DNA of 64,000 nucleotides, from positions 1-64,000 of the forward strand of contig CAVUPH010000009.1 in assembly GCA_963743305.1 (NCBI GenBank), in the 5' to 3' direction. The position numbers and the translations under genes were made by a program. The notes below the pieces were generated by a model, which saw only the letters and a program-made list of their open reading frames with translations, was not told where the DNA came from and ran no database searches. The first letter of the stretch is position 1. Each line of letters begins with the position of its first letter. This DNA comes from an uncultured delta proteobacterium. Lineage in GTDB: Bacteria > Desulfobacterota > RBG-13-43-22. This document shows, piece after piece, positions 20,401-29,476 of this stretch.

Positions 20401-21207
20401 CCCCGCCGGAAAGGAACGCCACTCGATCCAACGGTAGGATCCGTCCCGGGCGCGATAACGGTTGACGAAATTGAGCACCTCTTCCTGGGCACCAAGTTGC
20501 GAGAGGGCGTTTAAGGTCGCCGGCCGATCCTCCGGGTGAACATAGTCGAGAAACCGGGTCCCCTCGAGTTCGGAGAGCGAATAGCCCAGCGTTGTTTCCC
20601 ATTCCCGGTTCAGGCGTCGGAAATATCCGTCCGTATCCGCGATGCAGAGCAGGTCCAGGGCATGGGTGAAGTAGCGGTCCAGCTCTTCCGTCTTGATGCG
20701 CAGGGCCTCCTCCGCCTCCCGGTGCCCGGTGATGTCCCGGCCCTCGGCCAACAGGAAGGACACACCCCCCGTTTCCTCCCGGACCGGCCAGAGCGCGAAG
20801 TCGACGTAGCGCAGCCGACCGTCGGCGGCCCGATGGGTGGTCTCGAACTGAACGGCCGCCTGCGCCGCACGCCGCACGCCCTCCCGCACCCGGCCCTGTT
20901 CTTCCTCCGAGTGGCTCCACCAGGGAGCATCCCAGATCGGGCGGCCGATGACTGCGGAGGGTTCCCGACCAATGACCTCCAAGGCCCGGCGGTTGACATA
21001 ACGGATCGTGCCGTCGAGCTCCAGGATCCCGGCCAGGTGCGGGGACTGTTCACAGCCTGCTTTCAACCGGGCCTCTCCAGTATTCGATCGGACTTCGGCC
21101 GCCTGCCGGCGCTCCCGACTCAAAGCGTCTTCCAGACCGGCGACTTGCTGTTGAAGCCGAAAGATTTCCGCCTCAAGTTGCTCTGGCGTCCGCCCTTTTT
21201 TCCGCAT
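17479..21207 (-). CDS. Hybrid sensor kinase: multiple PAS/PAC, GAF, HisKA, HATPase, REC
   Basis: Repeated DIT/DVT PAC ends, AHDFNNML, NLCVNARDA, GTGLGL, LLVEDD..TDVVMP. Confidence 0.95.
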   Translation of the reverse strand: MRKKGRTPEQLEAEIFRLQQQVAGLEDALSRERRQAAEVRSNTGEARLKAGCEQSPHLAGILELDGTIRYVNRRALEVIGREPSAVIGRPIWDAPWWSHSEEEQGRVREGVRRAAQAAVQFETTHRAADGRLRYVDFALWPVREETGGVSFLLAEGRDITGHREAEEALRIKTEELDRYFTHALDLLCIADTDGYFRRLNREWETTLGYSLSELEGTRFLDYVHPEDRPATLNALSQLGAQEEVLNFVNRYRARDGSYRWIEWRSFPAGQRIYAVARDITDQRRADELLRENLTRLQTMVRNAPIVIYGVDRQGVFTLSEGKGLAALGFKPGEIVGRSAFEVYRKRPDILENFRRALAGETFTVPVQAGPHVFDAYHEPVLGTDGQYDGTLGVLVDVTKRKQAEDALRESQLFLETIFQQSPHSMWVSDSQGTLIRMNQACRDLLHVTDEDLVGKYNLFEDNIVEQQGVMPLVKRVFEHGEKAQFLLRYDSSQLRILPLSDTTPMVLEVTISPVLDARKQVIHAIVQHHDITERARAQEALERANRQLRLLSDCNQALIRAGEELELLATVCTILVRVGGYRMAWVGYAEDDPSKSVRPMARAGYDDGYIEKVCATWDAGDRGLGPIGTAIRTGQPSVIQNIASEETFAAWRAEAARRGYAAVCSLPLSAGERLFGTLSVYASEPGAFAPEEVAHLSELADDLAYGIMNLRAQIEHRRALETLRVSEERSRLIAENAKVVIWLMDLDLRYSYISPYIKHNLDYAPEEYVLKPLPEVLTPASLEKVLRLLTEELEEEKNPDRDLARSRTIEVEHIHRDGRIIWAEINMTFIRDAEGKAVGILGITRDISEQKRAHEEQEKLQAQLYQAQKMESVGRLAGGVAHDFNNMLTAILGHAELALMKGDPADPVRGDLQAIEESALRSADLVRQLLAFARKQTVSPKVLDLNDAVAGMLKMLRRLIGEDIDMVWMPGAGVWPVKIDPSQIDQLLANLCVNARDAIVGVGKITLETGNEVFAPADFAFHPTVVPGEYVLLAVSDDGCGMDPEVVEHIFEPFFSTKEAGKGTGLGLSTVYGIVKQNEGFINVYSEPGQGTTFKIYLPRYQGQSLEATSESPSEAPLGRGETVLLVEDDPVILGLAQTMLEKLGYTVLAAGTPGEAVFQAKSHAAELQLLITDVVMPEMNGRDLAELLKAAKPGLKCLFSSGYTANVIAHSGVLDEGVHFLQKPFSLKTLATKVREALEET

Positions 21208-21558
21208 GGCTGCCTCCCAATGTGGGATGAAGTCGAACCCGGGACATGGCCCTTATTAACGATCTCGAAATTGAAGCGACAGGATAGATTATACGACGGG
21301 TTAAGTTTAGATTTTTTCGCGTTTCTTCGCAACAACGATTTTATTCGCTAGGAAAGGGGCGGGAGAGCGGCCGGCCGTAAGTCGTCAGGCGCGAGGGCGC
21401 AAGGGGTAAAAACGGCCGGCCGTTCGCCCTTTTGGGTGGGTGGCCACAATATAGGGTAGATTAACCTGAAATCGGGTCTCCGTGGCCGTGGGGTCTTGGC
21501 GAAAGGGGGACCAGACCGGCAACCGGCGCAAACCCGCCGATTGAAAATCTTTAGGGTA

Positions 21559-22689
21559 TTACTTTTCGGCAGGCCGTTCTTGGTTTTTCGCTTTTTTCTC
21601 CTCCAGGTTCCTTTGATGCAGTTCTCGGAAAGTTGCGGCGGGCTTCACCCCGATCCGGTCCTCTCTCCCCTTCAAGACCACGGCCTCGGTGGGGCAGACC
21701 GTGGCGCAGACACCACAGCCGATACACCACTCCTGATCGATGACCGGTACGTCGTCTTCCATTTGCACGGCCTGGACCGGACAAATCGTGGCACACGCTC
21801 CGCAACCCGAACATTCGTGCCTATCGGTTTCTCTCAGGAAGTACGTCGCCATGATCGCATCCCGTGGAATTTTTCTCCTCCGGATGTTGCCCACATTCCA
21901 GCAGGCACAGCCGCAGCAGTTGCAGTTGTGTTTGATTTCGCCCTCGGCGTTGTCCACGAAGTGAACCAATCCGGCCTCTTCGCTGACCCGAATCACGTCG
22001 AGGGCCTCTTCCCGGGTAAGCTCACGGGCCAGACCTCTATCGATCACGAAGTCGGCCAACTCATCGAATTTCAAGCAGACTTCGGTGGGGTGCTCACAGC
22101 CTCTGCCGAGCAGTCGGTACGAGACGCGACAGGGACAGTGCGCTACGGCGATACGCCTGGCCTGGGCAATGACCTGCTCCATCAGTTGAACCGGGAAGAC
22201 CGCCTGTAAATCAGGTTGGATCGCTTTTCCTACCGGGATGTAGCGGTACTGCTTGCTTTGGCTGCCATAGGCCTGCGCGGTAACCTCCCGGTTGAAGTAC
22301 TTGGCCACCAAGAGGGCCATCTTGCGGGCGTGCGGCGTGTCTTCGCCCTTCCAGAAAAAAGTCTGCGGGAACCCGAATCCCACCTGCAACAGGGCGTACC
22401 CCTTTTCACCGGTCGAGGTTGGACCCGCAAAGAGGAGCCCTTTTTCGACGAGACGGTCTAAAGCCGCTTCCAATTCCTCCGGGGACATCGCCGCCCGGGT
22501 CCCTATCTCGGAAACCGGGACCGTCGAAAAAGGGATCACACCCGTAGGCAGCGCCAAAGCGATTTCCGCCTCGGAGGGATTGAAATTTTCTCTCAGGATC
22601 TCCAGCAGGGTTTCCCGGGGGGGATAACCCATGCCGACCTGGCGCAAGTGATCGGCTAACCTTTGATAAACATCCTGTTCTTCCATCAC
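21559..22689 (-). CDS. 4Fe-4S dicluster protein with N-terminal HTH
   Basis: CPCR, CNCCGCAC, two CxxCxxCxxxCP motifs. Confidence 0.9.
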   Translation of the reverse strand: MMEEQDVYQRLADHLRQVGMGYPPRETLLEILRENFNPSEAEIALALPTGVIPFSTVPVSEIGTRAAMSPEELEAALDRLVEKGLLFAGPTSTGEKGYALLQVGFGFPQTFFWKGEDTPHARKMALLVAKYFNREVTAQAYGSQSKQYRYIPVGKAIQPDLQAVFPVQLMEQVIAQARRIAVAHCPCRVSYRLLGRGCEHPTEVCLKFDELADFVIDRGLARELTREEALDVIRVSEEAGLVHFVDNAEGEIKHNCNCCGCACWNVGNIRRRKIPRDAIMATYFLRETDRHECSGCGACATICPVQAVQMEDDVPVIDQEWCIGCGVCATVCPTEAVVLKGREDRIGVKPAATFRELHQRNLEEKKAKNQERPAEK

Positions 22690-22988
22690 GTTTTCTCCTT
22701 GGAGATGATTTCCTCTTTCTTGGAGCGAGGCAGCGCTTTTATTCGTGCTTCTCGAATGAGGGCTTCGGAATGCGTCAGACTTTCCTGCTGATATAACAGT
22801 TGGACGGGCAGGCGGGTCCGGGTGTAGGTAGCCCCCCTACCCGCACTATGTTGCTTGACCCGGGCACTGACATCTTTGGCGATCCCCGTATAGAGAGACC
22901 CATCCCCGCAGCGGAGGATATAGACGGTCCACTCTTTTCCCCCCTGGGTCTTCATCCCCTGAATCATTCTTAAGTATTTGGTCTCCAT
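22686..22988 (-). CDS. GIY-YIG nuclease (UPF0213/YhbQ-like)
   Basis: VYILRCGDGSLYTGI..R..H..GA.YT..EA.IK. Confidence 0.92.
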   Translation of the reverse strand: METKYLRMIQGMKTQGGKEWTVYILRCGDGSLYTGIAKDVSARVKQHSAGRGATYTRTRLPVQLLYQQESLTHSEALIREARIKALPRSKKEEIISKEKT

Positions 22989-23313
22989 CTCAGAATTTGT
23001 TCATCCCCCGGGCCGCCCGGCTGATGGTCCGGATAGCCGCAGGCAGCACTCGTATTGCTCGCCTATCTATTCAGGCATATCAATAATTAGGGCCGTCTGT
23101 CAAACAAAGAAAACCGGAACCAGAGGCCTTATCGGTAAAAAATTTGAACACGATTATTGTCCTTAACAATTTAACCCTCAATGGCTTATAATCGGGTTGG
23201 CTTTTTATCGAAACCACGAATTGATCTAATGACGGGGCGTTTCAGGCCGGGTGGGTCCCGGGAGGCCTTCTCCCGGAGGAGGAAGAGAATTCTAACTAAG
23301 CGGAGGTTCCCTG

Positions 23314-23868
23314 ATGTTTTTAATCACTATTCTGGTACTGATCGTTGTCCTGGGTTTCCTGGTAATCGGCCCCTACAACACCCTGGTCCGGGGAAGGAAC
23401 GAGGTCAAGAACGCCTGGAGTTCGATCGACGTCCAGCTCAAGCGGCGCTATGATCTGATTCCCAATTTAATAGAAACGGTTAAGGGATATGCGGGCCACG
23501 AAAAAAAGACCCTGGAGGCGGTGGTCCAGGCAAGGCAGCAGGCCGTTAACTTTAGCGGGGGAGTGGAGGAACGGGCCCAGGTCGAAAATGTCCTGACCTC
23601 GGCACTGCGTTCGCTCCTGGCCGTAGCCGAGGCCTACCCGGACCTCAAGGCCAATCAAAACTTCCTGGCCCTCCAGGAGGAACTGTCCAACACCGAGAAC
23701 AAAATCGGCTTCTCGCGGCAGTACTATAACGACGCCGCCATGCGCTACAGGAACCGGGTGGAGATGTTCCCCAGCAATATCGTTGCCAATATTTTTAGTT
23801 TTCAGGCCGAGCCATTTTTTCAAGTGGAGGCCGCCGCGGAACGCGTGGCTCCTCAAGTGAAATTTTAG
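23314..23868 (+). CDS. lemA: LemA family protein
   Basis: YN.LV..AWSSIDVQLKRRYDLIPNL; EAYPDLKANQNF; SRQYYN; FPSNIVA. Confidence 0.96.
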   Translation: MFLITILVLIVVLGFLVIGPYNTLVRGRNEVKNAWSSIDVQLKRRYDLIPNLIETVKGYAGHEKKTLEAVVQARQQAVNFSGGVEERAQVENVLTSALRSLLAVAEAYPDLKANQNFLALQEELSNTENKIGFSRQYYNDAAMRYRNRVEMFPSNIVANIFSFQAEPFFQVEAAAERVAPQVKF

Positions 23869-23885
23869 CCAGGAAAGGGATCCCC

Positions 23886-24155
23886 ATGGTAGAGACGCTG
23901 CAGAATATCGGTTGGTCGGTGATTTTTTCAGTAATCGGGGGCCTGATCGGGATGGCGCTGGTGATCGCCTCATCGCTGATCCTGCCGGCGCTTATCGATC
24001 GCCTGACCCCCAACATCGACGAACACAAGGAAATTGTCCGCGGCAATACCGCGGTGGGGGAATACTACGGGCGAGTCGTGGGCTCCGCCATCCTGGGGGT
24101 GAGCATCGTGATAGCCGCCGCGGTATTGGGCGGGATCCTCGCCGCCTTGCACTAG
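23886..24155 (+). CDS. Small two-TM protein, DUF350-like
   Basis: DRLTPNID..EIVRGNTAVG pattern between two hydrophobic helices. Confidence 0.7.
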   Translation: MVETLQNIGWSVIFSVIGGLIGMALVIASSLILPALIDRLTPNIDEHKEIVRGNTAVGEYYGRVVGSAILGVSIVIAAAVLGGILAALH

Positions 24156-24202
24156 ATTCTTACATCCATTGTTCTGAGAATTTGTCTCGACGAAAGGTGC
24201 CT

Positions 24203-26831
24203 ATGAAACGGCTTCTCGGACTGACGGCGTTGTTTCTCCTTTTGCTCAGTCCCGCCCTCTCCTGGTCCCGAGGCGGGGGCGGCTGCCTGGAAGAGGGCAC
24301 CCCGATTCGGACCCCAAAGGGATCGGTGGCCATTGAAAAGCTGGCGGTGGGCGACCCGGTCTGGAGCATAACCGCCGGCCAACTGCGGGAGGCCAAAGTC
24401 CGGGCGGTTATCCGGGTGGACCCCGAAGAGGTCCTGGAGATATCCGCCGGGGAGACCCGGTTGCGGGTTACCCCCGAACATCCGCTGCTGGTGGCCCCCG
24501 GAGACGTATCGCCAGGCTGGTTTCCTTTTTCCCGGAGAAACGGTTTCCCTGTTCAGGAACGGAGCGCTAAAGGACGAGGCGGTCCGGTCCATTCAACGCC
24601 AACCGGCGAAACGCCCGGCTTATAATCTTTTGGTCAGCCCGGGCGGGACCTTTCTTTCCGGGGATCTGGTCCTGCACAATAAGGGTTGCTTCCTGCCCGA
24701 CAGCCCGATCCTGCGGGCGGACGGCACGGAGACGCTGATCAGCGCCGTGAAACCGGGCGATGCCCTTTGGGCTTTCACGCCGGACGGACACCTGGTACCC
24801 ACCCGCACCCTATCCGTCATTCGCCTCGAAGCGGACGAGTATTTCCTGATGAAAACCGATCGGACCACGCTGCGAGTCACCGGGGAGCATCCCTTTTACA
24901 TCGGCCGGGGGACTTTCAAGACGGTCGAAGCCCTCCAGCCGGGCGACACCGTCCTGGCTTTTGACGGGAAATGGCTGGCCGAACAGCATATTGTCTCCCT
25001 GGAGCGAGTCCGGGAACGGGTCCCGGTCTATAATCTCCAAACCGATCGGCCTCATACCTTTTTCGTCAGCGGGGTGGCTGTCCATAATAAGGGCGGAGGC
25101 TGTTTCCCGGCCGGAACCGGGATTGCCACTCCCCGGGGAGAGCGGTTCATCGAAGAATTGGCTGCCGGAGACGAAGTCTTTTCCGTTGACCCGGAAGGGC
25201 GGACGGTTCGGAGCCGGGTAAAAACCATCCTGGTGAATAAAAGCCCCCTGCTGAAGATAAAGACCGCCGGGGGTTTTCTGCTGGCCACCGAGGACCACCC
25301 GATACGCGTGGGGAAAGATAGGTTTCGTCCGGCAGGGGATCTCCACCCGGGAGAGCAAATCACCCGCTGGAATGAGGGCCGCCTGGCCGCCGAAAGGGTT
25401 CGAGGGATAGATTACGGGCTTAAGGAAGGACTCGTCTTTAATCTCGAAGTTACCGGTCCCCATACCTTCATTGCCGGGGGCGTCGTCGTTCACAATAAGG
25501 GAGGGGGAAGCTTTCGCAGTTCGAGCTCACACTCTTCTTCCTCGAGGAGCGGAAACGCCTCCTGGTTTGAGACGTTGATTTCCTTTATATTTTTCGTGAT
25601 TTTTTTTGTCCTTCTCCTGGTGGTCTTGATCGCCGTCGCCTCCAAGTCTTCCAAGAGAAAGAGCGAAAACCTCGACTTCGTCTACAACCGTAGGCAGATC
25701 GATCCCAAGGCGCAGAAGACCGAGAAACTGCTCGCCTTTCTGAGCCGGCAGGATTCCTCCGTCTCCCCGGAAACGCTGCGCGATCAGGCGAAGGCCACGT
25801 TCCTCCAACTGCAGGAATGCTGGGGTAAAAGGGAATACGGACCCATGGGGGCGCTGCTGGTACCGGACCTCTATACCCAGCACACGGCCCAGCTCCAGGG
25901 CTTGGCCCGGAACCACGAGATCAATCGGATCGACGATCTGACAGTGGAACGAATCGATCTGGTGAATGTCCGCTATACCGAAAAGGGGAATCAACGGGAG
26001 TTCACCGCTCTGATTACCGCTTCGGCCCGGGATTATTATCTGGACGACCGCTCGGGAAAATTCCTCCGGGGCGATCGGACCCCGGCGCGTTTTCAGGAAT
26101 TCTGGACCTTCCAGTGGATGAACGGACGCTGGCTGCTGCGGGAGATCGAGCAGGCGGGGGAAGCGGATATCCTCAAGGATGACAACTTCGCCGAGATGCT
26201 GACCGAAGAAACGCTGAAGGGGATTTACGGGGAAGCGGCTCTCCCTGAAGGGCAGGCGGGACCTTGGCTGGAAAAAGAGGTGGAGCAGAAGGCCGGCCGC
26301 ATCGACCGATTGATCGCCTTTCTATCCCAGACCGACAAGCTCTGGAATCGAAACCGGATGCTCGAACGGGCTCGTCAGGTCTTCCTGGATGTCTACCTGG
26401 CCCGGGAAACCGGCGATCCGGCCCGGGTCGCGGCCGACGACCTCTTTCCAAAGGTGGCCGAGGATTTGAAGACCCAGGTGGCTTACTGGAAGAATGAGGG
26501 CGTCGTCGTCGAATACCGGAATCTTTGTGTGCGCAAGGTAGAACTGCTTCTGGTTCGCAATTACGGGGACAATACCCGGGATGAATATACGGTACGGGTC
26601 AGCGCGCATGCCCAGCGGATGATCCGCAAAGGTGATCAGTCCTTGAGCGCCCAGGACTACGTCACGCCCTTCGAGGAATACTGGACTTTCGGCCGCCTGG
26701 AGGGACAGTGGAAACTGAAGGAAGTATTGCCTCCGGGCCAGGGGAAAAAGGCCGTTGACCTGGAAAACGTGGATGAAGACAGCAGCCCCGGACAGCTCCA
26801 ATGGTACTACCGGCAGCCCCGCGCCCTTTGA
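24203..26831 (+). CDS. Signal peptide + three tandem Hint (BIL/intein-like) domains + TM + two Tim44-like domains; one +1 frameshift near 24500
   Basis: Hint1 24284-24680, Hint2 24687-25088, Hint3 25101-25496, each Cys1, TxxH, (Y/F)NL and terminal HN; Tim44-like FQEFWTF..WLLREI and FEEYWTF..WKLKEV. Confidence 0.88.
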
Positions 26832-26953
26832 GGCGGGAGAAGGGTACTATCCGGAGAACTGTTTTAAAAACCCAGCCGGTAGCCCTGAGAACCGTAAGGG
26901 GTGCGGCGTGAGAAACGCCAAACGAGAGGAACCGAACCATTGATTGTTCCCAA

Positions 26954-27673
26954 TCATTTCCTTATTGTCGGTCGGCTACCCCCAACCATTTTTCCAGCAG
27001 GGCCGGGGTCGTCGGCCAACGCGGCGCTGGAGCCAAAATGAACGATCCTTCCCCGCTCCAGTATTATCGCTTTATCCGTCAGCGGGAGTATTTGGCGGGC
27101 ATGCTGCTCGACCAGGACTACCGCCAGGCTGCCGGATTGCATCATGGTTTGGACCGCGGCCAGCACCTCCTGGACGACAATGGGTGCCAGCCCCTCCAGC
27201 GGTTCGTCGAGCAACAGGAGCAGAGGATTAAGGACCAAGGCCCGGCCGATGGCTAGCATTTGCTGTTCGCCCCCTGAAAGTTGATTGCCGAAATTGCGCC
27301 GTGCCGCCTGCAGACGCGGGAAAAGTTTGAACACCTCTCCCGGCGTCCAGGGACCCGGACGGGCCACAGCCGTCAGGTTTTCCTCGACGGTCAGCGAAGA
27401 AAAGATATCCCGTTCCTGGGGAACCCAGCCTAACCCGGCCGCGGCCCGCTTATGACTGGGGACCTGGGTAATTTCCCGACCGCCAAACCAGATCTGTCCG
27501 CCGTGGACCTGGGTGGCGCCCATGAGGGTCGCCACCAGGGTGGTTTTGCCCATGCCGTTGCGGCCGAGAACGGCCACCGCCTCGCCCTCGGCCAGGGTCA
27601 ACGACAGGCCCGAAAGCACCACCGACTGACCATAACCGGCGGAAAGGTCCTGGAGGCGTAACAAGTCACCCAC
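26954..27673 (-). CDS. livF: Branched-chain amino acid-type ABC ATPase
   Basis: GRNGMGKT, LSGGEQQMLAIGRAL, LLDEP. Confidence 0.9.
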   Translation of the reverse strand: MGDLLRLQDLSAGYGQSVVLSGLSLTLAEGEAVAVLGRNGMGKTTLVATLMGATQVHGGQIWFGGREITQVPSHKRAAAGLGWVPQERDIFSSLTVEENLTAVARPGPWTPGEVFKLFPRLQAARRNFGNQLSGGEQQMLAIGRALVLNPLLLLLDEPLEGLAPIVVQEVLAAVQTMMQSGSLAVVLVEQHARQILPLTDKAIILERGRIVHFGSSAALADDPGPAGKMVGGSRPTIRK

Positions 27674-28418
27674 GGGCCGCCTCCCCTAGATAGACCTTGC
27701 GCACCCGGGCGTCGGAGGCAATCACCTCGGGCGGGCCCTCAACGAGGACCGCCCCGGCCACCAGCACGGTAATCCGGCGGGCAAAGCGAAAAACCAGATC
27801 CATATCGTGCTCGATCAGCAACACCGCAACAGTGGCGGGCAGTTCGGCCAGGGTGTTGTAAAGTTCAACCCCCTCCCCTTCGGGGATGCCGGCAGCCGGC
27901 TCGTCGAGCAGAAGCACGCGCGGGTGAAGGGCCAGGGCCAGGGCAATCTCGATCATTCGCTGCCGTCCGTAAGGCAAAGTCTTAGTGGGCCGGTGGGCAC
28001 AATCGAGCAGGTGCAGACGATCCAAAAGCTCGGCGGCTTCGTCGATCGTTTCCGTATCCCCGGCCAGGCGAGACCACCAGCGGGCCGTGGTGCCCCGCCA
28101 TTGGGCCACGGCTAGGGCGACACTTTCCAGGGGTGTCAGGTCCGGAAAGAGTTGATTGACCTGGAAAGTGCGTACGAGCCCGTGGGAGACCCGCTGATGT
28201 TGGGCTAGTTCGGTGATGTCGACGCCGTTTAGGACCACCCGTCCGGCGTCCGGCCGGAGAACGCCGGTCAATAGGTTGACCAGGGTGGTCTTGCCGGCAC
28301 CGTTGGGACCGATCAGCGCCTGGCGAGCGCCCTGTTCGACTGTCAGGGAAATGTCATGGGCGACCATCAAACCGCCGAATTGCTTCCTGAGACCCTTGGT
28401 TTCCAAAGCCGCCTTCAT
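27666..28418 (-). CDS. livG: Branched-chain amino acid-type ABC ATPase
   Basis: GPNGAGKTT, RTFQ, LPYGRQR, IEHDMD. Confidence 0.9.
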   Translation of the reverse strand: MKAALETKGLRKQFGGLMVAHDISLTVEQGARQALIGPNGAGKTTLVNLLTGVLRPDAGRVVLNGVDITELAQHQRVSHGLVRTFQVNQLFPDLTPLESVALAVAQWRGTTARWWSRLAGDTETIDEAAELLDRLHLLDCAHRPTKTLPYGRQRMIEIALALALHPRVLLLDEPAAGIPEGEGVELYNTLAELPATVAVLLIEHDMDLVFRFARRITVLVAGAVLVEGPPEVIASDARVRKVYLGEAARG

Positions 28419-28420
28419 CT

Positions 28421-29476
28421 TCAATCTCCCGGGTGCCCGGCTTCGCCCGGCCCAGGTCGATGCAGAAAGGACAGGCCCTTTGAGGCCAGTCCCATGAGTC
28501 CACCCCGGGCCAGGAAGACGAGGGCGATGAAGGCCATTCCGATCCAAAACTGCCAGTACTCGGGGCTGAGGTCGGAGAGCCAATACTGGGCGACGATCAG
28601 CGCCAGGCTTCCCACCAGGCCGCCGTAAAGCGTACCGGCTCCCCCGAGCACCACGACCAGGAGTACCTCGGCCGATTTCCCGAAGGAGAGCACGTCGAGG
28701 GAGACGAATTGCGTGGTCTGTGTCAGGAGGGCCCCGGCGATGCCGGCCAAGGCGGCCCCCAGGGTATACACGACCACCAGACGCCGGACCACGGGGGTGC
28801 CCAGGGCGTGCATACGTCGTTCATTTTCCTTGATGCCGCGCAAGGCCAGGCCGAAAGGAGAATGGACGAAGCGCCGGACCAGAAGAAACGAAAGGAAGAG
28901 AACGAACAGGCTGTAGAGGTAAGCCGTGCGACCGTACAAACCGAAACCCCAGATCCCCAAGATGGGCCAGACCGTTACACCCTGAAGTCCGTCGGCGCCT
29001 CCGGTGAGCCCATGCAGCTTGTTGGCCAACTCCAGCAGCATGAGGCAGATACCGAGCGTCACCATGAGCCGGGTAAGATCCGATCCGCGCAGGACCAGGA
29101 AGCTGGTGGCAAAACCGACCAGGGCGGCCGCCAGACCCCCGATCACCAGCCCGCTGAGGGGTTCGCCCCAGCCCTGCTGGGCCAAGATCCCGGCCGCGTA
29201 GCCTCCCAGTCCGAAAAAGGCCGCGTGTCCCAGCGAAATGATGCCGGCATAACCGAGAATCAGGTCGAGGGAGAGGGCAAAGAGGCCCATGATGGCCACG
29301 CGACTCAGCAGGACCAGGTGCCGCGGCAGGAGGAAGTAAGCGGCTATCGCCAGAACCCAAAAGGCGATCTCCAGAGGCCGCCAGGAAGCCGCGGCCTGAA
29401 GAGGCGCGGCTGCGGTCCCATACCGAATTCGGCGGCTCTGCGCCAAGGGCGACTCTTGGGGGTCTGAACCGGTCAA
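28421..29476 (-). CDS. livM: Branched-chain amino acid-type ABC permease
   Basis: GYAGIISLGHAAFFG, TGGADG, VLGGAG. Confidence 0.9.
   Translation of the reverse strand: MTGSDPQESPLAQSRRIRYGTAAAPLQAAASWRPLEIAFWVLAIAAYFLLPRHLVLLSRVAIMGLFALSLDLILGYAGIISLGHAAFFGLGGYAAGILAQQGWGEPLSGLVIGGLAAALVGFATSFLVLRGSDLTRLMVTLGICLMLLELANKLHGLTGGADGLQGVTVWPILGIWGFGLYGRTAYLYSLFVLFLSFLLVRRFVHSPFGLALRGIKENERRMHALGTPVVRRLVVVYTLGAALAGIAGALLTQTTQFVSLDVLSFGKSAEVLLVVVLGGAGTLYGGLVGSLALIVAQYWLSDLSPEYWQFWIGMAFIALVFLARGGLMGLASKGLSFLHRPGPGEAGHPGD

Noticed and set aside
22686-22988. GIY-YIG nuclease as mobiliser of the local REPs
   Set aside because: This copy has no flanking REPs and is operonic with an Fe-S gene
24490-24510. 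Programmed frameshift controlling Hint1
   Set aside because: No clear slippery heptamer, and similar single-base indels are common throughout the window
24284-25496. Canonical mobile inteins
   Set aside because: No endonuclease domain, the +1 residue is Lys rather than Cys/Ser/Thr, and the host is an exported protein; BIL-type fits better
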